From Oscillospiraceae bacterium (GTDB lineage Bacteria; Bacillota; Clostridia; Oscillospirales; CAG-272), in assembly GCA_015063695.1 (NCBI GenBank), contig SVTQ01000005.1, positions 5,572 to 69,571 of the forward strand: a stretch of 64,000 bases of DNA, given 5' to 3'. Under the pieces are notes generated by a model. The model saw only the letters and a program-made list of their open reading frames with translations, did not search any database and was not told the DNA's origin. Below are positions 28,499 to 39,533 of this stretch, piece after piece; the first letter of the stretch is position 1, and the number at the start of each line of letters is the position of its first letter. The position numbers were made by a program, and so were the translations under genes.

Positions 28499-28981
28499 TT
28501 ACTTTTTCAAAAGAAGCTCTTCGATCTCTTCGGGTACTGCTCCCTTCACGTCCATTCCGTATCTTATAAGTCCGCGGACGTAGCTTGAGCTGATATGGTC
28601 AAGAGAAGGGTCGGAATAAAGGAGTACCGTTTCAACGGAAGGACAAAGTGCCTTTGTCTGAAGGGCAAGGGTCTTTTCGTATTCGAAATCAACGGTATTA
28701 CGGACACCCTTTACTATGTGATAAACACCCTCCTTGAGGCAGTATTCAAAAAGGGGTCTTTCCCATGCCACGCATACGATCCGCTTGTCTTCGGTACTAT
28801 ATTTTGCAGTTGCCGTTTTTGCCATATTTACGCGTTCAGAAGCGTCAATAAGGCATTTTTTATCGGGGTTTACGGCAACAAGCACGTGCACCTCATCAAA
28901 GAGAGAAAGAGCTCTTTTTATGATGTCGGTATGACCTAACGTGATAGGATCAAAGGTTCCTGCAAACACACATTTTTTCAT
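28499..28981 (-). CDS. coaD: phosphopantetheine adenylyltransferase
   Basis: FAGTFDPITLGH nucleotidyltransferase motif, 160 aa, ISSSYVR near the C-terminus. Confidence 0.93.
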   Translation of the reverse strand: MKKCVFAGTFDPITLGHTDIIKRALSLFDEVHVLVAVNPDKKCLIDASERVNMAKTATAKYSTEDKRIVCVAWERPLFEYCLKEGVYHIVKGVRNTVDFEYEKTLALQTKALCPSVETVLLYSDPSLDHISSSYVRGLIRYGMDVKGAVPEEIEELLLKK

Positions 28982-28984
28982 GTT

Positions 28985-29605
28985 TCACACTCCTTCCAAA
29001 AGGGTAAGTCTCGTTCTGCCGTAGCGGGCTGTTTTTCTTATAACGAACTCTGACATAAGAGCCTCGTCTCCGCAGAAAACGTCACGGAGAACTGCCGTTT
29101 CATCATCCTCGCGAGGCGCTTTTTTTCTCTTCTGTCTTTCTTCGGGAATAGTATCCGTTTCGCAGGCGATAATACCGCCTTCCGCCAGAAGAGAGCCCTC
29201 GGAAATAAGGCGAAGCGCATTTACCATTGCATCGGTATTATAAGGCGGGTCAAGGAAGATAATATGAAAATCTTCCTTTCCCGCGGCACCTTCGAGATAG
29301 GTCTCATAGTCATATACCGCCGCGCGGCATCTGTCCTTCAGCTTTGTTTTCGCGGCATTTTTCAGAACGATATTAACAGCATCTCTTGAATTATCAACAA
29401 ATACTGCAGAAGATGCTCCTCTGCTAAGAGCTTCAAGCCCAAGCTGACCGCTTCCTGCGAAAAGGTCGAGCACGCGTCTTCCTTCCATATCAAACTGAAG
29501 CATGGAAAACATAGCTTCCTTCACTCTGTCGGCGGTAGGTCTCGTTGCCTCGCCTTCAAGGGTCTCAAGATTTATTCCTCTTGCGCTTCCCGTAATTATT
29601 CTCAT
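28985..29605 (-). CDS. rsmD: 16S rRNA (guanine966-N2)-methyltransferase
   Basis: RPTADRVKEAMF, LDLFAGSGQLGLEALSRGA and DPPY motifs. rsmD-coaD synteny. Confidence 0.88.
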   Translation of the reverse strand: MRIITGSARGINLETLEGEATRPTADRVKEAMFSMLQFDMEGRRVLDLFAGSGQLGLEALSRGASSAVFVDNSRDAVNIVLKNAAKTKLKDRCRAAVYDYETYLEGAAGKEDFHIIFLDPPYNTDAMVNALRLISEGSLLAEGGIIACETDTIPEERQKRKKAPREDDETAVLRDVFCGDEALMSEFVIRKTARYGRTRLTLLEGV

Positions 29606-29626
29606 GATCTCACCTCTCGAATGGGG

Positions 29627-31558
29627 TTATTCTCTTGCATCACTGCCGTGAAAATACTCATAGATATTTTCAGCATCGCGACGGCTTACCTTCTCCGTTT
29701 TTTCAAGCTCCGAAACACTTGCATTCTTTATACTGTCAAGTGTTCCGAGGGTCATAAGAAGTCTTTTTGCCTTTTCGGGGCCTATGCCCTTTATCTTTTC
29801 AAGCTCAGAAGTTTTAAGGGCCTTAAGCTTTGCCGCCGTCATTCTGCCGACGGTGTATCTGTGCACCTCTTCCTGGAGCTTATATATAAACTGGAATAGG
29901 GTCATATCCTTGGCAATGCTTATCTCTCTGCCGTCGCCCACAAGGGTTCTCGTTTTATGGTGGCTGTCTTTTACCATACCGAAAACGGGTATTTCAAGCC
30001 CCATGGCATCCACCACCTGACGTACCACCGAAACGTGGTTTTCGCCGCCGTCAAGAAGAATAAGGTCGGGCATGACGGAAAAGGACTTATCGTCCCCCGA
30101 AAGCTCCGAAAGTCTTCTGGAGATAGCCTCGCGCATGGAGGCGTAGTCATCGGCAGTCTCCGTACTCTTTATACGGAAATATCTGTAATCACTTTTTTTG
30201 AACACACCGTCGGCGGCAACTATCATGCCTGCGGTAATATGCTCGTCCCCGAGGTTTGATATATCATAGCACTCAATTCTCTCGGGAAATACTTCAAGAT
30301 GCAGAGCTTCTGCAAGAGCGCCCAGCACCCTCTCGTTGGCATCTGCACGTCTGCGGCGGCTTTCTGCATGACGTCTCGCATCGTTTTCCGCCATGGTGCA
30401 AACGTGGCGAAGCTCACCTCTCACGGGAGTTTTGATAGTTACCCTTCTGCCCGCTCTGCGGCTGAGGTATTCTCCCACAAGCTCCCTTTCGCTTTCGGGC
30501 ATTTCAAAGGAAATGAGGATCTCCTTCGGTATATATTCCCTGCCCATATAAAGATTGACGATAAAGGCGGAAAGAGGAAATTCAAAGCTCTCGGTATTTT
30601 CCTCTTCAAGCTCTTCCCCCCCGTTTTCGACAACGCTTCCGTCAACCTCATTTCTTGTTATATAGCCCGTTATTTCATCGGCACCGAAGATAAACTGCTC
30701 GCTGTCGGAGATTATGCCGTCGCGTATATAGAATACTGCGGCACACTGGCTTCCCTCGGAGCTTGCGACGGCAATTACGTCGTACTCGCTGTCGGGAGCG
30801 AGCGAAGTTACCTTTCTTCTCGTTTCAAGCTTTGAAAGGGCTGTTATGCTGTCACGGCAACGGGCAGCTTCTTCGAAGCGTTCCTCCGACGCCGCTTTAT
30901 ACATTCTCTCTTCAAGGCTGTTTTTTGCCTCTTTCGTGTTACCCCTGAGTATCTGAACGGCACAGGAAATAATCTCTCCGTATTCCGCTGCATCAACATC
31001 CCCCGCGCACACTCCGCAGCAGCGGCCTATCTGTCTGTAAACACAGGGGCGTACCTTTCCGATATCCTTCGGGAAGGAATGCTTGCAGGACGGAATTCCG
31101 AGAATTTTCTCAAGGGTGGATATAACTTCAAAGATAACGCCTGCTCCCGAATAAGGGCCGAAATACTTACCGTCTGACGTTCTTTTCCTCGTCATTACAA
31201 TTCTCGGGAACTCTCCGTCGGTCACCTTGATATAAGGGTAGGATTTTGAGTCCTTCAGAAGAATATTATACTTGGGAGTGTACTTCTTTATAAGGTCGTT
31301 TTCAAGGATAAGGGCATCCATTTCCGTATTACACACGATAAAACGGAAGTTGTTTACGTTTGATGCCATTTTAGCGGTCTTTATGTCATGAGAGCCGTGG
31401 AAATACTGACTTACTCTGTCGCGAAGAGAGCGGGATTTACCCACGTAAATGACCTCGCCGTGTTTATTCTCCATGATATAGACTCCGGGAAGTCTCGGAA
31501 GGGATGCCGCCTTTGAACGCAGAAAGCCTATATCGTTTATCACTATGGTATTCTTCAT
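29627..31558 (-). CDS. uvrC: excinuclease ABC subunit C
   Basis: GIY-YIG N-terminus (GVYIMENKHGEVIYVGKS...YF), UVR domain, Endo V-like and C-terminal (HhH)2 regions. 643 aa. Confidence 0.95.
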   Translation of the reverse strand: MKNTIVINDIGFLRSKAASLPRLPGVYIMENKHGEVIYVGKSRSLRDRVSQYFHGSHDIKTAKMASNVNNFRFIVCNTEMDALILENDLIKKYTPKYNILLKDSKSYPYIKVTDGEFPRIVMTRKRTSDGKYFGPYSGAGVIFEVISTLEKILGIPSCKHSFPKDIGKVRPCVYRQIGRCCGVCAGDVDAAEYGEIISCAVQILRGNTKEAKNSLEERMYKAASEERFEEAARCRDSITALSKLETRRKVTSLAPDSEYDVIAVASSEGSQCAAVFYIRDGIISDSEQFIFGADEITGYITRNEVDGSVVENGGEELEEENTESFEFPLSAFIVNLYMGREYIPKEILISFEMPESERELVGEYLSRRAGRRVTIKTPVRGELRHVCTMAENDARRHAESRRRRADANERVLGALAEALHLEVFPERIECYDISNLGDEHITAGMIVAADGVFKKSDYRYFRIKSTETADDYASMREAISRRLSELSGDDKSFSVMPDLILLDGGENHVSVVRQVVDAMGLEIPVFGMVKDSHHKTRTLVGDGREISIAKDMTLFQFIYKLQEEVHRYTVGRMTAAKLKALKTSELEKIKGIGPEKAKRLLMTLGTLDSIKNASVSELEKTEKVSRRDAENIYEYFHGSDARE

Positions 31559-31596
31559 TGTTTCTGCGCTCCTTTCAATATGTAATGTACAAAGAC

Positions 31597-31620
31597 AAAA
31601 AGCCGCCCAACAGGACGGCT
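31597..31620 (-). terminator. terminator after ptsH
   Basis: Minus strand: AGCCG-t-CC...GG-g-CGGCT hairpin followed by TTTTGTCTTTG. Confidence 0.55.
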
Positions 31621-31634
31621 AATAAGCTATGCGG

Positions 31635-31898
31635 TCAGTCTTCAAGTTCCTTATCGATAAGGTTTACAAGCGCTTCCATTGCTTCTTCTTCATCGGGACC
31701 GTCAGCAACGAGAGTTATCTCCATGCCCTTTACGATACCAAGAGAAAGTACGCCCAGTAAGCTCTTAGCGTTTACTCTGCGGTCTTCTCTTTCAACGGAC
31801 AGTGCGCTTTTGAAAGAATTTGCTTTCTGGATAAAGAATGTTGCAGGTCTTGCGTGGAGCCCAACACTGTTTTTTATTGTTATATCACGTGTTATCAT
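31635..31898 (-). CDS. ptsH: phosphocarrier protein HPr
   Basis: GLHARPA (His15) and NAKSLLGVLSLG (Ser46) motifs. 87 aa after moving the start to ATG 31898 (AGGAGA RBS). Confidence 0.88.
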   Translation of the reverse strand: MITRDITIKNSVGLHARPATFFIQKANSFKSALSVEREDRRVNAKSLLGVLSLGIVKGMEITLVADGPDEEEAMEALVNLIDKELED

Positions 31899-32116
31899 TA
31901 TTATTCTCCTGTTAGAAAACTGTAACGGCATACGCCTCTTAATTAAGTAAAATAAGTATACCAAATTTTATGTTCAAAATCAATAGTTTTTTAACTTTTT
32001 GACATTATTGCCGTTTCCTGCCCCTTAATTTGCCAAAACATTGTTTATTTTACACATCTTAATTTGTTTTATTTACCGCAAAATATATAATAATATAATT
32101 ATAGCTAAAATAATGG

Positions 32117-32145
32117 TTGAAATACTTCGAAGTTTATGGTAAAAT
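32117..32145 (+). promoter_or_regulatory. candidate sigma-A promoter of ppa
   Basis: TTGAAA (32117-32122), 17 nt, TAAAAT (32140-32145), with TG at -15/-14. Confidence 0.5.
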
Positions 32146-32212
32146 ATTTTAATAACTATGCCTTGTATTACACGGCAATTCATTTAACACCCTTTCCGAA
32201 AGGAGATCTGAA

Positions 32213-32758
32213 ATGAACATCTGGCACGATATAGACAGCAGCTTCATTACGCCCGACAATTTCACCGCAGTTATTGAAATTTCAAAGGGCAGCAGAAATA
32301 AATATGAAATAGACAAGTCAACGGGGCTTCTGCGCCTTGACAGAATTCTTCACACGGCGACCCACTATCCCGCAAACTACGGTTTTATTCCCCGTACCTT
32401 TGCAGATGACGGAGACCCCCTTGACGTCCTCGTTCTTTGCTCTGAGCCCATTGCACCCATGACACTTGTGCAGTGCTACCCCATCGGCGTTATCAAAATG
32501 AAGGATGGCGGAAAGCTTGACGAAAAGATCATCGGCATTCCTTTCACCGCCCCCATTTATAATTACTATAAGAATTCAAACGACCTTCCCGCTCACGTTT
32601 TCGAAGAAATAAGACATTTCTTCTCCGTTTACAAGCAGCTTGAGGACAAGCAGACCGAGGTTGACGACCTTTTTGACAAGAATGAGGCTGTTTCTATCAT
32701 ATCCAAGGCGATAAATGATTATAACGAAAAGTTCGGCTTCGGTTTCATGAATAAATAA
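32213..32758 (+). CDS. ppa: inorganic pyrophosphatase (family I)
   Basis: YPANYGFIP and DGDPLDVLV motifs, 181 aa. Confidence 0.93.
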   Translation: MNIWHDIDSSFITPDNFTAVIEISKGSRNKYEIDKSTGLLRLDRILHTATHYPANYGFIPRTFADDGDPLDVLVLCSEPIAPMTLVQCYPIGVIKMKDGGKLDEKIIGIPFTAPIYNYYKNSNDLPAHVFEEIRHFFSVYKQLEDKQTEVDDLFDKNEAVSIISKAINDYNEKFGFGFMNK

Positions 32759-34057
<1,299 letters not shown>

Positions 34058-34066
34058 CTTTCACGT

Positions 34067-34096
34067 AAAAGAACCCCGAAAAATCGGGGTTCTTTT
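34067..34096 (+). terminator. rho-independent terminator after obg
   Basis: AAAA-GAACCCCGA-AAAA-TCGGGGTTC-TTTT. Confidence 0.8.
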
Positions 34097-34157
34097 CATG
34101 TAATAAAGGCGGTCAGTTTATACCGTGCAAAACGACCGCCGTTATTCGTATTACTGA

Positions 34158-34185
34158 GTACGGGAGGAGCAAGCCCCTCCCCTAC
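34158..34185 (-). repeat. singleton GTAG-hairpin (REP-like)
   Basis: Minus strand: GTAGGGGAGGGGCTTGCTCCTCCCGTAC. It has the same GTAGGG...CCGT frame as the arms of the 53882-54004 element, but a different stem. Confidence 0.6.
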
Positions 34186-34195
34186 CTGATTGTTT

Positions 34196-34240
34196 GAAAG
34201 TTTTGAAGGGGTGTGGGGAAACTTTTTCAAAAGTTTCCCT
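34196..34240. repeat. copy 1 of a ~50-nt hairpin element placed just after a stop codon
   Basis: gaaagttttgaaggggtgtgGGGAAACTTTTtcAAAAGTTTCCCt. About 85 percent identical by eye to 48498-48549. It ends 9 nt from the E1 stop codon. Confidence 0.7.
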
Positions 34241-34248
34241 GCATTTCA

Positions 34249-36735
34249 TCAAAGGCCTACTTTATTTCTTTCGATATGTTCGAGTTCAGATTCGTTTACC
34301 GTGTATGTTCTTCCTGCGATGGGCATAAGCTTCTGGGAAATTACGTCGATAATGCCGTCTGCCTGAGGGAAGAAGTACTTTTCGAATTCGTAAGCGGGAG
34401 TGATCCAGTTACGGGAACCGAAAACTACGGGCGGAGCATCGAGATAATCGAATGCCATTTCAGTAATATTGGAAGCCATATCACGCATTACGGAGTTTCT
34501 GTCGCAAGCGTCGCCGACGATAATGATCTTACCTGTCTTCTTAACGCTTTCGATAACCTTTTCATAGTTGAAGGGAACGATGGAGCGAGCGTCGATAACT
34601 TCTGCGCTGATGCCGTATTCAGACTCAAGCTTCTTAGCCGCATCAAGAGCACGGTAAAGAACTGCACCGATCGTAAGGATAGTAACGTCCTTACCTTCGC
34701 GCTTAACGTCGGGTTCGCCGAACTTAACTGTATAGCTTTCAGCAGGAACGCCGCCTTCATGGAACTGCTCGCCGATATCGTAAATTCTCTGAGATTCAAA
34801 GAAGATAACGGGGTCAGTGCCATTGAGAGCTTCTGCCATAAGACCCTTTGCATCGTAAGGTGTTGCAGGGAAGCAAACCTTGAGGCCGGGGATATGAGAA
34901 CAGAGTGCCGTCCAGTCCTGAGAGTGCTGTGCGCCGTACTTGGAACCAACGGAAACACGAACTACTACGGGCATCTTGAGGATACCCGCACTCATGGACT
35001 GCCACTTGGAGAGCTGGTTGAATATTTCGTCGCCTGCACAGCCGATAAAGTCAGCGTACATAAGCTCAACGATAGCACGGCCGCCTGCCATAGCATAACC
35101 TACTGCAGAACCGACGATAGCCGCTTCGGAAATGGGAGAGTTGAAGAAACGGTGGTAAGGCAGAGCTTCTGTAAGTCCGCGGTAAACTGCGAACGCGCCG
35201 CCCCAGTCACGGTTATCTTCGCCGTATGCGATAGTTGTGGGGTCTTCATAGAACTTGTCGAGAATAGCTTCAAAGAGACCGTCACGGAGACCGAACTGCT
35301 TGATCTTGGGAATCATTTCGCCCTTTTCGTCGTAAGCAAAGCGTGCCTTTGTTGCAAGCTGCTTAACTCTGGGGTTTTCTTCCTTGGGCATGAGAACTTC
35401 GGGTTCTCTTTCAGTGTCCATGCTGGGTGTGAGTGTATTGGAGAACATGATGGAGGAGATCATGTCGGGAGTCTTGTCAAGATCCATTCTGGGAGAGATG
35501 GTTTCATCTACTGCCATTTCACAGATCTTTGTTACTCTCTTAATGATATCTTCTTCGATCGCATCGAATTCAGCAGCTGTTGCTACCTTGCCCTTGATCA
35601 TCTTAGCACGGTATGCCGCGATGGGACATGCGTTCTTCCATTCTTCGATCTCCTCTGCTGTTCTGTATGTGGAGGAGTCGGAAGGAGAGTGACCGCTTAC
35701 ACGGTATGTTGCAACTTCGAGAAGTGCAGGACCTTCGCCCTTGAGGAGAAGCTCCTTCTTTCTTGTTGTTGCGTCGATAACTGCGAGAGGATCGTAGCCG
35801 TTGACCTTTTCAGCGTGCATCATTTCGGGAGAGAAGCCTGCGCCGAGACGAGCCGCGATATCGAAGCCCATGGTCTCGCCCTTTGTCTGGCCGCCCATGC
35901 CGTAGAAGTTGTTGAATACGTTGAAGAGGATAGGCATACCGGAATCATCATACTTGCCGTCCATGCCCCAGAGCTTTCTGATCTGGTCCATGTTAGCCAT
36001 GTTGAGAGCTTCAAGAACGGGACCGCGTCCGAGAGCACCGTCACCGGAGTTAGCGATTACGATACCCTTCTTGTGGCAGCTTCTCTTATAGAGAGCGGCA
36101 CCGAGAGCTACGGGAGCAGCTCCGCCAACGATGGCGTTGTTGGGGAAGATACCGAAAGGAATGAAGAATGCGTGCATGGAGCCGCCGAGACCTCTGTTGA
36201 AGCCTGTTGTGCGAGCGAAAATTTCAGCGAGAGCGCCGTAAAGAAGGAAGTCGATAGCGAGATCCTTTACGTCACCCTTCTTGTTTTCCTTACCTTCAAC
36301 TACGGAGAGGATGTTACCGCCGAGGAATTCCTTCATGATATCGTAAAGCTCTGTTTCGTCGAGCTTGTTGATGGAGGAAAGACCCTTTGCGAGAATTTCG
36401 CCGTGGCTGCGGTGAGAACCGAAGGTGTAGTCATTGATATCGAGGCAGTAAGCCTGACCTACTGCAGAAGCTTCCTGACCGATGGAGAGGTGAGCGGGGC
36501 CGGGGTTGTTATATGCAACGCCGTTGTATACGCTCTTTACCTTTATCTCGTTGAGCATTGTTTCAAACTCACGGATAATTCTCATGTCACGGTAGATGCG
36601 GAGAAAATCGTCCTTTGTATAGATCTTCTTTTCTTCAGCGAGAGTTTTGCTGTACTGACAAAGGGGAATCTTATCAAATTCGATAAAACCTTTTTCAAAA
36701 GCCACTTCGGGGCTTATATATTGACTCTTAGGCAT
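34249..36735 (-). CDS. 2-oxoacid dehydrogenase E1 component, fused alpha and beta subunits (TPP-dependent)
   Basis: 828 aa. The N-terminal half has the TPP motif GDGALGRGPVLEALNMA. The C-terminal half is transketolase-like pyrimidine-binding plus C-terminal domain (FNSPISEAAIVGSAVGYAMAGG). It lies in an operon with E2 and E3. Confidence 0.88.
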   Translation of the reverse strand: MPKSQYISPEVAFEKGFIEFDKIPLCQYSKTLAEEKKIYTKDDFLRIYRDMRIIREFETMLNEIKVKSVYNGVAYNNPGPAHLSIGQEASAVGQAYCLDINDYTFGSHRSHGEILAKGLSSINKLDETELYDIMKEFLGGNILSVVEGKENKKGDVKDLAIDFLLYGALAEIFARTTGFNRGLGGSMHAFFIPFGIFPNNAIVGGAAPVALGAALYKRSCHKKGIVIANSGDGALGRGPVLEALNMANMDQIRKLWGMDGKYDDSGMPILFNVFNNFYGMGGQTKGETMGFDIAARLGAGFSPEMMHAEKVNGYDPLAVIDATTRKKELLLKGEGPALLEVATYRVSGHSPSDSSTYRTAEEIEEWKNACPIAAYRAKMIKGKVATAAEFDAIEEDIIKRVTKICEMAVDETISPRMDLDKTPDMISSIMFSNTLTPSMDTEREPEVLMPKEENPRVKQLATKARFAYDEKGEMIPKIKQFGLRDGLFEAILDKFYEDPTTIAYGEDNRDWGGAFAVYRGLTEALPYHRFFNSPISEAAIVGSAVGYAMAGGRAIVELMYADFIGCAGDEIFNQLSKWQSMSAGILKMPVVVRVSVGSKYGAQHSQDWTALCSHIPGLKVCFPATPYDAKGLMAEALNGTDPVIFFESQRIYDIGEQFHEGGVPAESYTVKFGEPDVKREGKDVTILTIGAVLYRALDAAKKLESEYGISAEVIDARSIVPFNYEKVIESVKKTGKIIIVGDACDRNSVMRDMASNITEMAFDYLDAPPVVFGSRNWITPAYEFEKYFFPQADGIIDVISQKLMPIAGRTYTVNESELEHIERNKVGL

Positions 36736-36760
36736 AATTTATTTCCTTCTTTCTGTATTT

Positions 36761-38143
36761 TTAGTCTATCATGAACATTCCCTCACGGATAACTTCGCAT
36801 ACCGTGGGATGGGGGAATACTATCTTTCTTACGTCGGAAACTCTGTCCTGACGGGCAACCATTGCCGCCGCGCCGTAGATGATTTCGGAAGCGTAAGAGC
36901 CTATCATGTGTACACCGATAATAGTCTTGTGTTCGTCGTCAACTACTATCTTAACGATACCGTCGCCGCCTTCGTTTTCAGCGATATATCTGCCGCTGTA
37001 ACGGAGGCTGATTGTATGTTCGGTTGCTTTGATGCCGACCTTAGCCGCGCTCTCAGCAGTTTCACCTACACAGCCGACCTCGGGCTTTGTATAGATAACT
37101 GCGGGGATAGCACGGTAATCAACAGCGTCCTTGATGCCGAGCATGGAGTTAACAGCCGCTTCACCTTCACGGTAAGCTGTGTGAGCGAGCATACTCTTGC
37201 CGTTAACGTCACCTGCCGCCCATACGCCGGGAACGCTTGTACGTCCCGTTTCATCTGTAACGACAGAACCGCGGTTGGTGAGAACACCGAGTGTTTCAAG
37301 ACCGATATCCTTTGTTCTTGCGCGTCTGCCCGTACTTACAAGTACAAGCTCGCAGTTTACCTTTTCGGTCTTATCACCTATCTTATATTCAACGAAACCG
37401 TCGCCGTACTTACCGCCGACATTGCAAACTGCCGCGCCGAGAATAAACTTAACGCCCTTCTTTGCATAGTTGTTCTGAAGAATATTTGAGATATCGCGAT
37501 CTGTGGGACCTGCTATCTTATCCATCATTTCGATTACGGAAACCTCGGAGCCGAGAGTGTTGAAATAGGATGCCATTTCAAGACCGATAACGCCGCCGCC
37601 GATAACTGCGATGGTCTTCGGAACTTCACGAAGGTCAAGAATTTCGCGGTTTGTTACTGCGAGACCGCCTTCAACTGCTTCTCGAAGGCCGGGAATGGGA
37701 GGCACTGCCGCTTCGCTGCCTGTGCAGATAAGAAGCTTTGCGCCTTCATATTTTTCGCCTGCACATTCAACGGTGAAGCCGCCTGCGCTCTTGCCTGCGA
37801 TCTTTGCAGTGCCTTCAATGACCTTAACACCTGCGCCTCTCATTTTTGCGCCGACACCTGAAACAAGAGTCTTTACGACCTTGTTCTTTCTGTCGATAAC
37901 TGCGTTATGGTCTATCTTTGCGCCTTCCACGGATACGCCGAAGGCTTCGCCGTGAATTGCCGCTTCATATATCTTTGCGGAATTGAGAAGGGTCTTTGTG
38001 GGTATACAGCCTTCGTTGAGGCATACACCGCCGAGAGCTCTCTCTTCAAAGAGGGCTACCTTCATTCCTGCGTGAGCGGCACGTTCTGCGGCATTATATC
38101 CGCCGGGGCCGCCGCCGAGTACAATAAGATCAAAAATTGCCAT
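36761..38143 (-). CDS. lpdA: dihydrolipoyl dehydrogenase (E3)
   Basis: GGGPGGYNAAERAA FAD motif, redox disulfide CLNEGCIPTK, a second GGGVIGLE dinucleotide fold, C-terminal HPT motif. Confidence 0.93.
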   Translation of the reverse strand: MAIFDLIVLGGGPGGYNAAERAAHAGMKVALFEERALGGVCLNEGCIPTKTLLNSAKIYEAAIHGEAFGVSVEGAKIDHNAVIDRKNKVVKTLVSGVGAKMRGAGVKVIEGTAKIAGKSAGGFTVECAGEKYEGAKLLICTGSEAAVPPIPGLREAVEGGLAVTNREILDLREVPKTIAVIGGGVIGLEMASYFNTLGSEVSVIEMMDKIAGPTDRDISNILQNNYAKKGVKFILGAAVCNVGGKYGDGFVEYKIGDKTEKVNCELVLVSTGRRARTKDIGLETLGVLTNRGSVVTDETGRTSVPGVWAAGDVNGKSMLAHTAYREGEAAVNSMLGIKDAVDYRAIPAVIYTKPEVGCVGETAESAAKVGIKATEHTISLRYSGRYIAENEGGDGIVKIVVDDEHKTIIGVHMIGSYASEIIYGAAAMVARQDRVSDVRKIVFPHPTVCEVIREGMFMID

Positions 38144-38155
38144 CTTTCAAGCTCC

Positions 38156-39457
38156 TCACTGTGCAAGAAGAATATCGAAGTTTTCGAGAGCTGTAGCAAG
38201 GTCCTTAAGGAATCTTGCCGCAGGTGCTCCGTCGATAGCTCTGTGGTCAAAGGTGAGGGAGAGTCCCATTGCGGAATATACGCTTCCGTCAGCCTTCAGT
38301 CTCTGTGTAATTGCACATACACCGAGGATAGCTACCTGAGGAGGATTGATAACGGGAGTGAAGCTTTCAATTCCGAGAGAGCCGAGGTTTGTAATTGTGA
38401 ACGTACCGCCTGACATTTCGTCGGGAGTGAGTGTTCCCTCTCTTGCCTTGCCTGCCGCTTCTTTATTAGCCTTTGAGATCTCAGCGAGGCTGAGTGTATC
38501 TGCGCCGAAGATAGTGGGAACGAGAAGTCCGCGTTCCGTATCTACTGCGAGACCGATATTTGCGTGCTTATACTTTCTGATAACGTCATCCTTCAGAGTT
38601 GCGTTAACGTCGGGGTGCTTCAGAAGTGTACGGCTTACTGCAAAGAATACCATATCGTTGAGGGATATCTTGGGAAGACCGAGAGCCTCTGCGCCAGCCT
38701 TGAGGGATGCGCGGTATGCCATAAGCTTTGTTGCATCAAAGCTTGCATTAAGTGTAAGCTGAGCCATTTCGGAAAGGGATGCGTGCATAGAACGGGAAAT
38801 AGCACGGCGAACTCCGGACATGGGAACCTCTTCACATTCAGCGAAATTAACCGCTGCAGCTGCTACGGGAGCTGCGGGAGCTACTGCTTCGGGAGCTTCT
38901 TCGGGTACTTCAACAGCTTCGCCTCTGAGGAATGCTTCAACAGCCGCCGACGAAGCTCTGTAGCCTGCATCAAGCGCGAGATTGATATCTCTTTCGATAA
39001 TTCTGCCATGAGGGCCTGTGGGAACTACCTTAGTCATATCAACGCCTGTCTTGAGAGAGAGCGCCTTTGCTCTGGGAGAGATCTTAACTCTTTCGCCCTT
39101 TACAACTTCGCCTGTTGCAACGGGTGCCGCTACGACCTCTTCCTTCTTTTCTTCGGCTTTTACTTCGGGAGCTGCTTCTTCTGCCGCACCGCCGGGAATG
39201 AGTGCTGAGATATCCTCGCCCTCTTCACCAATGATGCAAACGGGATCAAGACAGGGTACAACGTCTCCTTCCGCCGCAAACACTTCAAGAATTGTTCCTG
39301 AATAGAGGGAAGGTTCGTCAAATGCGGACTTATCCGTTTCGTAAGAATAGATAATGTCGCCTTCTGCTACCTTGTCTCCCTTTTTCTTGTGCCAAGCCGT
39401 GATGATACAGCTTTCAACACTCTGCCCCTGACGGGGCATGATTACAAGATTTGCCAA
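38156..39457 (-). CDS. dihydrolipoamide acyltransferase (E2)
   Basis: N-terminal lipoyl domain (YETDKS), peripheral subunit-binding domain (ISPRAKALS), catalytic DHRAIDGA motif. Confidence 0.9.
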   Translation of the reverse strand: MANLVIMPRQGQSVESCIITAWHKKKGDKVAEGDIIYSYETDKSAFDEPSLYSGTILEVFAAEGDVVPCLDPVCIIGEEGEDISALIPGGAAEEAAPEVKAEEKKEEVVAAPVATGEVVKGERVKISPRAKALSLKTGVDMTKVVPTGPHGRIIERDINLALDAGYRASSAAVEAFLRGEAVEVPEEAPEAVAPAAPVAAAAVNFAECEEVPMSGVRRAISRSMHASLSEMAQLTLNASFDATKLMAYRASLKAGAEALGLPKISLNDMVFFAVSRTLLKHPDVNATLKDDVIRKYKHANIGLAVDTERGLLVPTIFGADTLSLAEISKANKEAAGKAREGTLTPDEMSGGTFTITNLGSLGIESFTPVINPPQVAILGVCAITQRLKADGSVYSAMGLSLTFDHRAIDGAPAARFLKDLATALENFDILLAQ

Positions 39458-39533
39458 ATTTATTCATTCCTTTCATTAAATTATTCAAAGTTTAAGTATT
39501 TATAAATTGGGCAAAAGCCCAAATTACCGTATG

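Noticed and set aside
28182-28583. 133-aa plus-strand ORF in the coaD-mraZ spacer.
   Set aside because: It spans the coaD terminator and overlaps the coaD 3' end. It is low-complexity (Phe/Ser/Cys) with no RBS. The region is better explained as promoter and leader DNA.
34213-36774. An 853-aa open reading frame on the plus strand, the longest ORF in the window.
   Set aside because: It is exactly antisense to the E1 alpha/beta gene, whose minus-strand translation has clear TPP-enzyme motifs. The plus-strand product is Cys/Val/Phe-rich, has no recognisable motif and has no RBS. The open antisense frame follows from the sense codon bias, which avoids TTA, CTA and TCA.
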